Below are positions 26,444 to 37,008 of a stretch of DNA of 64,000 nucleotides, one piece after another (the first letter of the stretch is position 1; each line of letters starts with the position of its first letter). The notes beneath the pieces were generated by a model, which saw nothing but the letters and a program-made list of their open reading frames with translations, searched no databases and was not told the DNA's origin. The translations under genes and the position numbers were made by a program. Source of the stretch: Anthoceros angustus (taxonomy: Eukaryota; Plantae; Anthocerotophyta). The DNA is taken from NCBI GenBank assembly GCA_010909165.1, contig MU008229.1, positions 60,512 to 124,511 on the forward strand, read 5' to 3'.

Positions 26444-27040
26444 ACTTTTTAGGGAACATTCCAGTCCATGGGCCAAGGAACACCAAATTCCGGACCATTT
26501 ATTTTCTAACCTAGGCAATAAAACAAAAAGAACTCCATAGGCCAAGGACATTTTACTATGAATATCCCCAACTACTCAGTGACTTATTTTCACACCACTC
26601 TTAAAAAACAAAAGATTCACTTGAGGCACATTTTAAGGGTTTCGAGACTAGATCGTTCTGATTGCTCCTCTCCACCTCATTGGTCCCTTTGGTTGTCCCC
26701 TCCTGGATGGGATTTTCCCATTGGTTTTTCACCTCAATAAAAACCTCTATAATTCATTGTATGAGCACATGTTCAGCGGACGAAAGACAACCCCCTCAAT
26801 CCAATGGATGCCTCTGGCTGTCCATTCATGCGCAATAAAGAAGAAAATTTTGATTTCAATCTGATTGGCCATTCTCTATCCATATGTATCCTTGAACTTA
26901 AATTTTGCTCTTTGAATATTTCTTGTCTAGGATCATATTGGCTGCATAATTTCTAATGAACCTCGTGGTTAAGCGACCTTGTGGTTGGATCATTATCGCG
27001 ATAGGGCACCACCCATCGCCGAATCTTGGCCCTTGGTGGC

Positions 27041-27290
27041 TTGCCTGTTGCGAAGCCCTTGGAGGCTGTCTGATATCCGACGTCGACTTTTGTTATTTTG
27101 CCTGCAAGAAAGGATGTTTTAAAATCCTATGGCGCTATCTTATATACGACCTTTGTTGTTTTGCCTGCAAGAAGGGTTGTTGTGAAGACCTTTGGAGCCG
27201 CTTGATATCCTATCTTTGTTATCTTGCCTGCAAGGAGGGCCGCTGTTGTAAAGCCTTATGTGGCTTGCTAATGAGTTATCTTCGTTGATG
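27041..27290. repeat. 63-bp-period imperfect tandem repeat (3 units plus a partial; degraded copy about 49520-49760)
   Basis: ttgcctgcaag recurs at 27098, 27161 and 27224 (spacing 63 and 63), with a partial ttgcctg at 27041. Confidence 0.8.
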
Positions 27291-29555
27291 TAAGGCCCTT
27301 TGGGATCTTCTAATTGAGTGGAATGTGAATACTCAATTTATAAATGTCTGATCTTGGCTTGAAGGAAGATTATGTTTTTATGGATATTATATATGTTGAA
27401 ATAATTGAGGCATGTAGTTCATATTTATGTTTCATTTTTGTTAAAAGGCAACAGCAAAAGTTTACTCACAAAAAATTTGTGATTTTCTCCTCCCTAGGTA
27501 TTATAATACTCAGTAGCGAAAAAATTATTTTTAATGTAGTATATATAATATGAGTGTCAAAAAACTGTGATTTTCTTCTCCATGCATATTAAAAATACTC
27601 GTTATCGAGAGAAGTCTCTTTGATGGACTATATATGTGAGTGACTGTCTAAAACAAGTACTTCAATTTCTTATCAAGAGAAGTGTCTTTGCTGCACTATA
27701 TATGTGAGAGTTTGTCTGAAACAAATACTTCAATTTCTTGTTGTTTTCCTTGAAGTAGTATGTGTCCTTGAGAATGACTAATATATTGCTAGGTTGTGAC
27801 AATAGAGGATATAGTTGGTGTACATATTCAAAGTAAGTACACCATGTTAGATGGTATAGAACTAGTATGTTTCATAGATTATTTTCATATCATGGCACGT
27901 ATGATTTATCACTAGATTCCAACTTTCTAGTGTGGGATATTCATGTTATTTAGATGTTGAAGTAGCAACTTATTGTGGTTTTTTTCTTACTTTTTCTTTG
28001 TTCTTTAATTTTTTGGCCATATGAAACGTTGTTTTTAGCGTGACCTTGGACATATGAAGCATTGTTATATTGATTATTACCATGCATTATTTTCATGTTG
28101 GAAGAGTTAAACTAATTATGTTTTGCGTATTTCATGTATTGATTGTGCAAGGTTCCAATTGAAGCGTGCATTTGTAGAGTAAGAGTTGTACCTCCTATTT
28201 TTTGCGTATTTGATGTAGTGTACAAGTTATACTCATTAATTATTTTTTGCATATTTGATGTAGTGCTTATGCAGGGTTCCAATTGAAGGGTGTACAGTTG
28301 GTCAATATTATTAATTCTTATTTTATCATCATGTGTTGGTAAGACATTAAATTTTGTCATTAGATGCTATCCAATTCAAAGATAAGTATGCCATGTAGAG
28401 GCGTTTATGGTTGCTAATATGCTCGGAATGTTGTGTGAAATAGGTGTAAGGCCATACACATGGAGATTAAAGTGGATTCAAAATCTAGCAAACCTTCAAT
28501 CATAATGGAGATAAGAGTAACCACGGAATTTCAAAGGCGCTATTGCGAGAAGAGTAAGTTAAATCGAAGGAGCATTTGGTCTTGTCACGAAGATGCAATT
28601 ATCCTAATTCTTGCATTGGGCGATTCTATTCACATCGGATTACTAGTGGCAAGTCTTATAATAGGAGATGCCAAGCTCTTAATTTGTAAGTGTCGGTTTG
28701 AAAAGGTCACCTTGGTTAACCATGAGGGTGAAAGTTGTGCAGTAATGAAACTCACATGCTTAATTTTTTGGAACGATATCGAGTTGCGGCGATTATGTCC
28801 TATTGTGGACCATGCGCCTCCTTTGGTCCCAAAGGATGAGCTCTGGGAAGAGGTAGATGAACATGAGAGACAATGCTATCCGTTATTGTTTGATGATGAT
28901 TTCTTTAAGAGCTTCATCTAGATATTAGTAGATTTTATGAAGGTTATGAAGGAAATTTATTAGGATGGGTCCATGATCTCTTGGTCTAAGATGAGGTATC
29001 CTTTAGATTATATTCTTACTGACAAGGATATATTACATATCCATAATTGTTAGTAAGCTCATGTTGGGCTCTCTAGAATGAGGTGTTTTTTTTTTAAAGC
29101 CCAACAATTCCACATAGCCCACTCTGGGGTTGTGTGGAGTTGGATGCTTGGTCCAACTCTTCTTGGCCCCTGGTGGACTATCTTGAATTTGAGTTTTGCC
29201 TCACCCTTACTATTGGACTCTTTAGAATGGGATGTTCACCGTATTTCCTCTTAGCCCATATTGGAATGGGACGCTTGTCTCAAGTATTAAGCTTGTTGAA
29301 TGAAGTGACCGCCCTATTCTTGTAAAATAAAAATCCTCTTCTTGTCGTAGGGCGCTTTGAATAGGGTGCTCATCCCAAGTTCCAACTGCACTTGGCCCTT
29401 AGTTGGCTCGCTTCAACAGGTGCTTGAGCCGATTTAGAGCTTTTAAGGCCTCGTGTCTCATGTATATTAATGGGCCCTTGATATAAGAGTCCATGTATGG
29501 TACAAGATGGTGAACTTTTCCAAATTACATTTCAAGTCAACACAACACGGATGCC

Positions 29556-30200
29556 ATGCCACATGTAAGATCACGACGCTATGAATGGATAGCTTACAAG
29601 TTCCAACCATGTCCTATTGAACTAATCGCACCAGCTTTTTTTTCTATTGCGATGAGGTTCCACCTGGGTTTGGTCCTGCCTCTGGCTTGTTCTCTCCCAG
29701 CCTACAGTTGTGGGGTCCCATTCGACGACTCAGGGTCCCACCTAGCTCACCCTCCAATTGGAGGGCAACGTATCGGTACGCCTGAGCCGTTTGCGATGTC
29801 ATGTTCTTGATGGCCAAGGAGAGCAGTTATTTTTCATACAGGCAGTGTCCATATACCCTGCGCAATGAGGTGTTGGTCAGGGCGGATCTATTTCTAATTG
29901 GGGGGATCAAATCTCTGTTGCAGATGTCGTCGTAACGGACCTGGAACTCCATTTGTGAGCATGTCATTATCAGCCCTCCGGGCTATGTGGCGGAGGGATG
30001 CACGACTGCCAAGGTACACACCTTTGCAGGATGGCCACGCCTTCATCCCCTCGCCATTGAGACTTACGGAACTATGGGCAAGGATTTTTTTTGGCTCATT
30101 AAGGATTGTGCTAAAGCCTACCACAGTCGTCGGAACGGGCTGGGTCTCCCTCTTTCCTCGGTGGTGGCTTTCTTCAATGGTATCCATCGCCTTGTAGAGG
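29556..30200 (+). mobile_element. Third degenerate CRE-like non-LTR fragment (Cys finger plus RLE)
   Basis: MRFHLGLVLPLACSLPAYSCGVPFDDSGSHL and LHPLAIETYGTMGKDFFWLIKDCAKAY...GLGLPLSSVVAFF parallel the fragments at 2851-3523. Confidence 0.65.
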
Positions 30201-31608
30201 CTGGTCAACACTTGTTACAAGATGGCAATGAGCATAGGAAACATGACATCATCGGCACCAATTATAGGTAGGCCTTTCCTCATATCAGGTAGCTTCGGGG
30301 TTGGCATTAGTGGGGCTAGCCCCTAACTCTTGGCCGTTTAGTGGGTTGTCCCATCGGTTCGAGGTAGAATGGTTTTCTCAATCTCTTGTTTTTAATAAAG
30401 TCTCTATTGTGTCCTAGTTGAACTTGCATGTAGGTGTGGAAGGAGGAATTTCGTTTTTTTGGAGAAACGAAAGGTATAATTTATCTGGAATTGTGGTGGG
30501 TGTATTGGTTACAGGCGCAGGTGTCGCCAGGGCCCCGGCGCTTCATGGCGCGGTGAAGAAGGTTGCCTTGGCAGCTGGTTCCGGGGCCGAGAATCCAGTA
30601 CACCCGGCATCATCAGTGTGGCGCATTTGCCGTGGAGCAGGCGTCTCCCGGCATCACGGGCCACGGGCCACGCGCCACGGCTCCATCAACCATGCCGGCC
30701 TCCGCCCCCGCTCTCTCCTGGCTGCCCTGCCTGCCGGTTGCTCTCCTTTCCTCCCTTCCCCGTCCTGCCCTGCCCGTTCCCGCCGTGCTTGCTTCCCGAT
30801 GCAGCCTTCTCGTCCCAACTGCTGTTCCCGTTTCGGGACGTCATGCAACCACACCGGTGTTTGCCTGAGCACTTCTTGCCTCTTGCGAATTTGAGTGCTG
30901 TTGCATGATTCTGCTGTAGGCACTGTGTGGTTCGTGGAGTGGCGAGGCTCTCGGTCGAGGAATTCGTGAGCTGACGTGGCTGGGTCGGAATTGGCTGAGT
31001 GTGCACGGTGGTTTGTAAGTTCCTGCTCTGGTGGTGTGCGGCTTGGTGTGAGCTGGGGCCTATGTCGGAGGAATTGAGCTGGGATGGGAATGTGGAATCG
31101 AAAGTGGAATTGTAGTTGGAATTGCGTCCTTTTCTGGGATGGTGAGGGTTTTGGCTTCGGTTGCCACGTTTTTGCGGGAGTGGTAGCTGAGAGCGGGTTG
31201 CATGCACTGTCTAGTGCCAGCAGTGGCAAGGTGGAGGGTGTCAGCATTGGTACGGGTTTGAGTAGAGAGTTTGGTACTGATTGGGGACTGGTTTAACGTT
31301 GGTGCTCAGGCTTTGGGTTTGCGGGATCCCGTCTTAGCTGGAAGCACTCCGGAGTGCCAACAGGTTGCTCTCAGAAGCTGGAGAGTAGATTGTCCGCTTC
31401 AGCGTTGCGGTCTGTGCAACTCAATGAGGTCTGCTGGCAAGGTATGCCGCCCCTGTTGCATTTGGGGAGGTCATCGTTGTGGAGCAAAGTTCATCTACGC
31501 GCAGCTTGTCATGGAGTCTTTGGGAGGGGGGAGGGCCTGGGAGAGTTGTTCGTCTGCTTATTGTATGCATCTCCGTCTGGGAGAGTAGTCCGTCTGCTTA
31601 CTCTTTGC

Positions 31609-34600
31609 ATGGCCTTGCAGTCTATTCTAAACATCAAAAGGAAGGGCTCACGGGTTTCTATAAATTCATCAACCGTAAAGACTGATGGCAACCTAAATCT
31701 GGACACCCTGGAGCAAATACCAGACAAACTAGGCGTGCTACAGGTGGATCCTGGCCTTGTCCCTTATCGTGACCATCTGAAGTACAGGTATCAAAAGTAC
31801 CTGCAGCTGAAGGGTAACATTCAGAAGTATGAGGGAGGTCTGGACACGTTTTCCAAAGGTTCGTTCTCCGACTCTGTGCATTATTTGTCCCGTTGCTTGC
31901 TGTGAAGAAGGGGATAATCATAAGTCACTTGTCTTATGATCTTCTTATGAAATTTGATTGAAAACTATTTCATTGAGGCAGGGTATGAGAAGTTTGGTTT
32001 CGTAAGAGAAGGTGACTCAATCATATACCGAGAGTGGGCTCCTGCAGCGCAGTGAGTCATCCCCTCCAGGGCAGCACATAGCGGAGTTAGAGAGTGGCTT
32101 TCGCTTGAACATTGGTCTGTGCTGGGGCTGCCAGGTTGTGGCTTCAGCTTGAATTTTTTTTTCTTTGGGATGTTAACTAGATTGTGTGTGTGGTCGTGTC
32201 CAGGGCTGCTCAGCTGATAGGTGACTTTAATGGTTGGAACGGATCAGAGCATCACTTAGGTAAAAACCAATTTGGTGTCTGGACAATCAAGCTAACTGAC
32301 AAAGATGGAAAGGCCGCTATCCCACATGGATCTAGGATCAAGGTGCGACTCCAGAAAGGGGATGGGACCTGGATTGATCGAATTCCTGCCTGGATCAAGT
32401 GGGCTACTGTTGAGCCTGGAAGAATGGGTGCAGCCTATGACGGTATCTATTGGGACCCACCAGCTTCTAAAAGGTTGCTCTATTACATCTGGCAGTGTTC
32501 ACCTCTGTTTGAAAGCTGTGCAGCTCTTGTCCCGGGGTTGGTTGATGCAGTGCAATGCGTGACCAGGCTGAATGATGAAGTGATGATCAGTGCTAACAAT
32601 CTATCTCCCTTGTGACATTCTGAACAGGTTCCAATTCAAGCACCCGAGGCCCCCAAAACCTGCGGCACCACGGATATATGAGGCTCATGTTGGAATGAGT
32701 TCCAAGGAGCCACGCATAGCCTCGTATATTGAATTTGCCGACAATGTCCTTCCTCGAATAAAGGCCAATAATTACAATACCGTGCAACTAATGGCAGTGA
32801 TGGAGCATGCCTATTATGGATCCTTCGGCTATCATGTGACCAACTTTTTTGCTGTGAGCAGCCGGTCAGGCACTCCTGACGAGCTTAAGTATCTGATTGA
32901 CAAAGCTCACTCATTGGGTTTACGGGTTCTCATGGACGTCGTCCATAGCCATGCAAGCAGCAATGTAGTTGATGGTCTAAATGGATATGATCTGGGGCAG
33001 GGAGCCCAGGATTCCTACTTTTATACTGGCCAAAGAGGCTATCACTCACTATGGGACAGCCGCTTGTTCAACTATGGAAACTGGGAAGTGCAAAGGTTCT
33101 TGCTTTCAAACTTACGCTGGTGGTTCGAGGAATATAAGTTTGATGGGTTTAGATTCGACGGAGTCACATCCATGCTATACCACCACCATGGGTTGAATAT
33201 GGCTTTTTCAGGAAGTTACAATGAATATTTCAGTGAGGCAACAGATGTTGATGCAGTAGTCTACCTGATGCTTGCCAACGATCTCATTCACAGTGTTTAT
33301 CCAGATGCAACTATGATTGCAGAGGATGTGTCTGGAATGCCGACCTTGTGTAGACCTGTTCAAGAAGGTGGTGTTGGTTTTGACCTCAGATTGGCCATGG
33401 CTATCCCAGACAAGTGGATACAATATCTGAAAGACAGGAAGGACGAAGAATGGTCAGTCGGGGATATTGTTCAAACGTTGGTGAACAGGAGATACACAGA
33501 GAAGTGTGTTGCCTATGCTGAGAGTCATGATCAAGTACGTCCTGCTCCATCTATACTGTTTGTGCATCACCACTGCACCTAAAAACTCAAGACAAAATTG
33601 CATGTGCGTGTGCAGTCAATGGTGGGGGACAAGGCTTTTGCGTTTTTGCTTATGGATAGGGAGATGTATGACAACATGTCAGATTTGAAACCAGCATCCC
33701 CAATTGTTGATCGGGGTATTGCACTCCACAAGGTGAATATGCCAGGCATTAATGTGCTTGATATCAGTGCTGAGCTGCAGTTTCTCCCCAACAGATCTGC
33801 CAGCAGCTACACTGTCACTCATCTCTGTCGCGATTGCAGATGATTCACTTTGTGACCATGGCACTTGGAGGAGAAGGATATCTCAACTTCATGGGTAATG
33901 AGGTAAGGTGTTTCAATGTGCAAGATCTGTGCTTTTTTCTTTGAGGTCTGCCTTTGAATATGTTGTTGGGTTGTGTTGCCAGTCTTATCCTGCGATCCAC
34001 CTAGCTCTTGGGCAGTCACATCTCTATCTGGATTATGCAGTTTGGCCATCCAGAGTGGATAGATTTTCCGAGAGAAGGCAACGGCTGGAGCTATGACAAG
34101 TGCCGTAGGCAGTGGAGTTTGGTTGACATTGATCACCTTCGGTACAAGGTATTACTTATGTTTTGTTTCTACTGGAGAAGCACACTGGACATCGTAGGTG
34201 GCATGGCTATCAATGCTTCTTTCTGGACGTGGATGCAGTACATGAACAATTTTGACAAAGCTATGAATGCACTCGACGAAAGATTCCATTTTCTTTCCTC
34301 TTCCAAGCAGATCGTATCGTCAGCAAATGAATGGGAGAAGGTTGTGGTGCCAACCCCTGTAGTTGTGTCAGTTGGTTGCAACGGTTAGCTGTCAAGACGC
34401 AATGAAAGAAGCTGATCCCAGTTTCATGTTCCTCATAACTTGTCTTATTATGCGATCCAGGTCATCGTTTTCGAGAGAGGAGACCTGGTGTTCGTCTTCA
34501 ATTTTCACCCAGTGAACACCTATGCTGGGTAGGTGCTTTGTCCAGCTCAATTCACCGACATCTATTCGAGGCAAGAGTGAAGAAGCTTAACATAAGTCCT

Positions 34601-35017
34601 GCCCTGACAGGTACAAAGTAGGTTGCGATCTGCCGGGGAAGTATCGAATAGCATTAGACAGCGATGCCAGAGAGTTTGGTGGTCACGGTCGCGTAAGTAT
34701 CATAACCTTCGTTCTGCCGTCCTCCAATACGAGGTTCAGTTCGGGTGCTAACACAGTGTCTTCTGTGAGCAGCTGGATCCGACGGTGGATCATTTCACCT
34801 CTCCTGAAGGGGAACCTGGGAAGCCAGAAACGAATTTCAACAATAGGCCAAGCTCATTTCAAGTGCTCTCTCCATCTAGAACTTGTCAGGTGTGCACACG
34901 GAGCGCAGCTCTGGACTGAAGTTCCCCAACTTCCCGCCAGCCCCAGTTCTCACGATGTTACACATTTTGGTCGGTTGTTGCAGGTATATTACAAGGTACG
35001 AGCCTCCTGCTCGCTGA
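31609..35017 (+). CDS. SBE1: Starch branching enzyme, SBE1 (class B, GH13_8), multi-exon; extra 5' transit-peptide exon(s) possible
   Basis: Spliced exons give [70 protein letters not shown], catalytic RFDGVTS / AEDVS / [28 protein letters not shown] and FVFNFHP. Introns are GT-AG. The last exon has a 2-bp deletion relative to the other copies. The ATG is uncertain; an upstream candidate transit peptide lies near 30693. Confidence 0.93.
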
Positions 35018-36718
35018 CTCACAGACCTGCAACTGTGAGGTGGACGGATACAAAAGTGTTCCATCCAAAACAGCAAAGTTGCTATCAGTGTACGCTAGTC
35101 TACTACTACTCCTATCCCACATGTGGTCCTACATCGGCTGTCAGAGCCGGACATTCCAATACATAGTCTAGTAGACTTGGAATGTCGAAGATGTATGACA
35201 ACATGTCAGATTTGAAACCAGCATCCCCAATTGTTGATCGGGGTATTGCACTCCACAAGGTGAATATGCCAGGCATTAATGTGCTTGATATCAGTGCTGA
35301 GCTGCAGTTTCTCCCCAACAGATCTGCCAGCAGCTACACTGTCACTCATCTCTGTCGCGATTGCAGATGATTCACTTTGTGACCATGGCACTTGGAGGAG
35401 AAGGATATCTCAACTTCATGGGTAATGAGGTAAGGTGTTTCAATGTGCAAGATCTGTGCTTTTCTTTGAGGTCTGCCTTTGAATATGTTGTTGGGTTGTG
35501 TTGCCAGTCTTATCCTCGATCCACCTAGCTCTTGGGCAGTCACATCTCTATCTGGATTATGCAGTTTGGCCATCCAGAGTGGATAGATTTTCGAGAGAAG
35601 GCAACGGCTGGAGCTATGACAAGTGCCGTAGGCAGTGGAGTTTGGTTGACATTGATCACCTTCGGTACAAGGTATTACTTATGTTTTGTTTCTACTGGAG
35701 AAGCACACTGGACATCGTAGGTGGCATGGCTATCAATGCTTCTTTCTGGACGTGGATGCAGTACATGAACAATTTTGACAAAGCTATGAATGCACTCGAC
35801 GAAAGATTCCATTTTCTTTCCTCTTCCAAGCAGATCGTATCGTCAGCAAATGAATGGGAGAAGGTTGTGGTGCCAACCCCTGTAGTTGTGTCAGTTGGTT
35901 GCAACGGTTAGCTGTCAAGACGCAATGAAAGAAGCTGATCCCAGTTTCATGTTCCTCATAACTTGTCTTATTATGCGATCCAGGTCATCGTTTTCGAGAG
36001 AGGAGACCTGGTGTTCGTCTTCAATTTTCACCCAGTGAACACCTATGCTGGGTAGGTGCTTTGTCCAGCTCAATTCACCGACATCTATTCGAGGCAAGAG
36101 TGAAGAAGCTTAACATAAGTCCTGCCCTGACAGGTACAAAGTAGGTTGCGATCTGCCGGGGAAGTATCGAATAGCATTAGACAGCGATGCCAGAGAGTTT
36201 GGTGGTCACGGTCGCGTAAGTATCATAACCTTCGTTCTGCCGTCCTCCAATACGAGGTTCAGTTCGGGTGCTAACACAGTGTCTTCTGTGAGCAGCTGGA
36301 TCCGACGGTGGATCATTTCACCTCTCCTGAAGGGGAACCTGGGAAGCCGGAAACGAATTTCAACAATAGGCCAAGCTCATTTCAAGTGCTCTCTCCATCT
36401 AGAACTTGTCAGGTGTGCACACGGAGCGCAGCTCTGGACTGAAGTTCCCCAACTTCCCCGCCAGCCCCAGTTCTCACGATGTTACACATTTTGGTCGGTT
36501 GTTGCAGGTATATTACAAGGTACCCGAGCCTCCTGCTCGCTGACTCACAGACCTGCAACTGTGAGGTGGACGGATACAAAAAGTGTTCCATCCAAAACAG
36601 CAAAGTTGCTATCAGTGTACGCTAGTCTACTACTACTCCTATCCCACATGTGGTCCTACATCGGCTGTCAGAGCCGGACATTCCATATACATAGTCTAGT
36701 AGACTTGGAATGTCGAAG
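33664..36718 (+). repeat. Tandem duplication of 1.53 kb covering the SBE1 3' exons and 3' UTR
   Basis: 33664-35190 repeats at 35191-36718. The junction gtcgaag|atgtatgac uses ag(t)atgtatg microhomology. Absent from the second SBE1 copy at 54.6-57.9 kb. Confidence 0.92.
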
Positions 36719-37008
36719 TATGTATGTACATGACCCGGAATTCAAATATCCGGTGTAAACTACTTGACGGCTGTGAAAACTCGTTCACCTATGTGAAATG
36801 ATTACGGAGGAGACTGTTGCGATTCTAGTCGCCACAATTGAGAGAGGTTGGTTGCTGGGCTGTAGTTTGGGAGCAGGCTCTTGGAATTGGGGCCGCCTCT
36901 TGCATGGCTGCATGTTGTGCAGCAGAAATCCCTGCGGTAGGGGGATGGCTGCGCCCCTCTCATCAGTTAGGGACCCTCTTTCCGTTGCTTAGCTCTGTCA
37001 GAGGAAGC

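Larger units (their letters stand above)
7930..26657 (-). mobile_element. Degenerate Ty3/gypsy LTR retrotransposon, non-chromovirus (Athila/Selgy/Phygy-like), inflated by internal tandem duplications
   Basis: Minus-strand domain order gag - PR - RT (DHYPLPFID; L.PEKC.F) - RH - INT (PFEKWGIDFVGP; LHLRWMGPYKV; VNGWRVKKYY), flanked by long direct repeats whose inner ends abut a PBS and a PPT. Confidence 0.9.
22822..26657 (-). repeat. 5' LTR, 3,836 bp
   Basis: Starts (plus strand) with TGtggagtg next to the PBS and is colinear with 7930-12893 up to gatcgtt at 26657. The outer TACA is missing. Contains (CT)n and (CA)n tracts. Confidence 0.8.

Noticed and set aside
7930-26657. DIRS/tyrosine-recombinase element or Tat/Ogre with additional RNase H
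   Set aside because: A DDE-type integrase, direct LTRs, PBS and PPT are present. No YR motif and no recognisable extra RNase H between RH and INT were seen, although decay limits certainty on the latter.
27041-27290. CRISPR-like array
   Set aside because: Units are contiguous degenerate 63-bp repeats with no unique spacers, no cas genes are present, and the context is eukaryotic.
28140-28290. Short AT-rich repeated words (ggttccaattgaag; tatttgatgtagtg) and similar ones at 27645-27740
   Set aside because: Typical local slippage duplications in intergenic DNA, with no structure suggesting function.
28460-28921. 153-aa ORF as a host gene
   Set aside because: No recognisable motif, AT-rich intergenic context, and the frame is broken in the second copy (51423-51883). 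It cannot be supported beyond a possible TE relic.
30418-31247. Overlapping ORFs of 96-197 aa on both strands upstream of SBE1
   Set aside because: GC-rich low-complexity sequence with no motifs, probably SBE1 5' UTR, intron or transit-peptide region. The frames are not conserved as such in copy 2.
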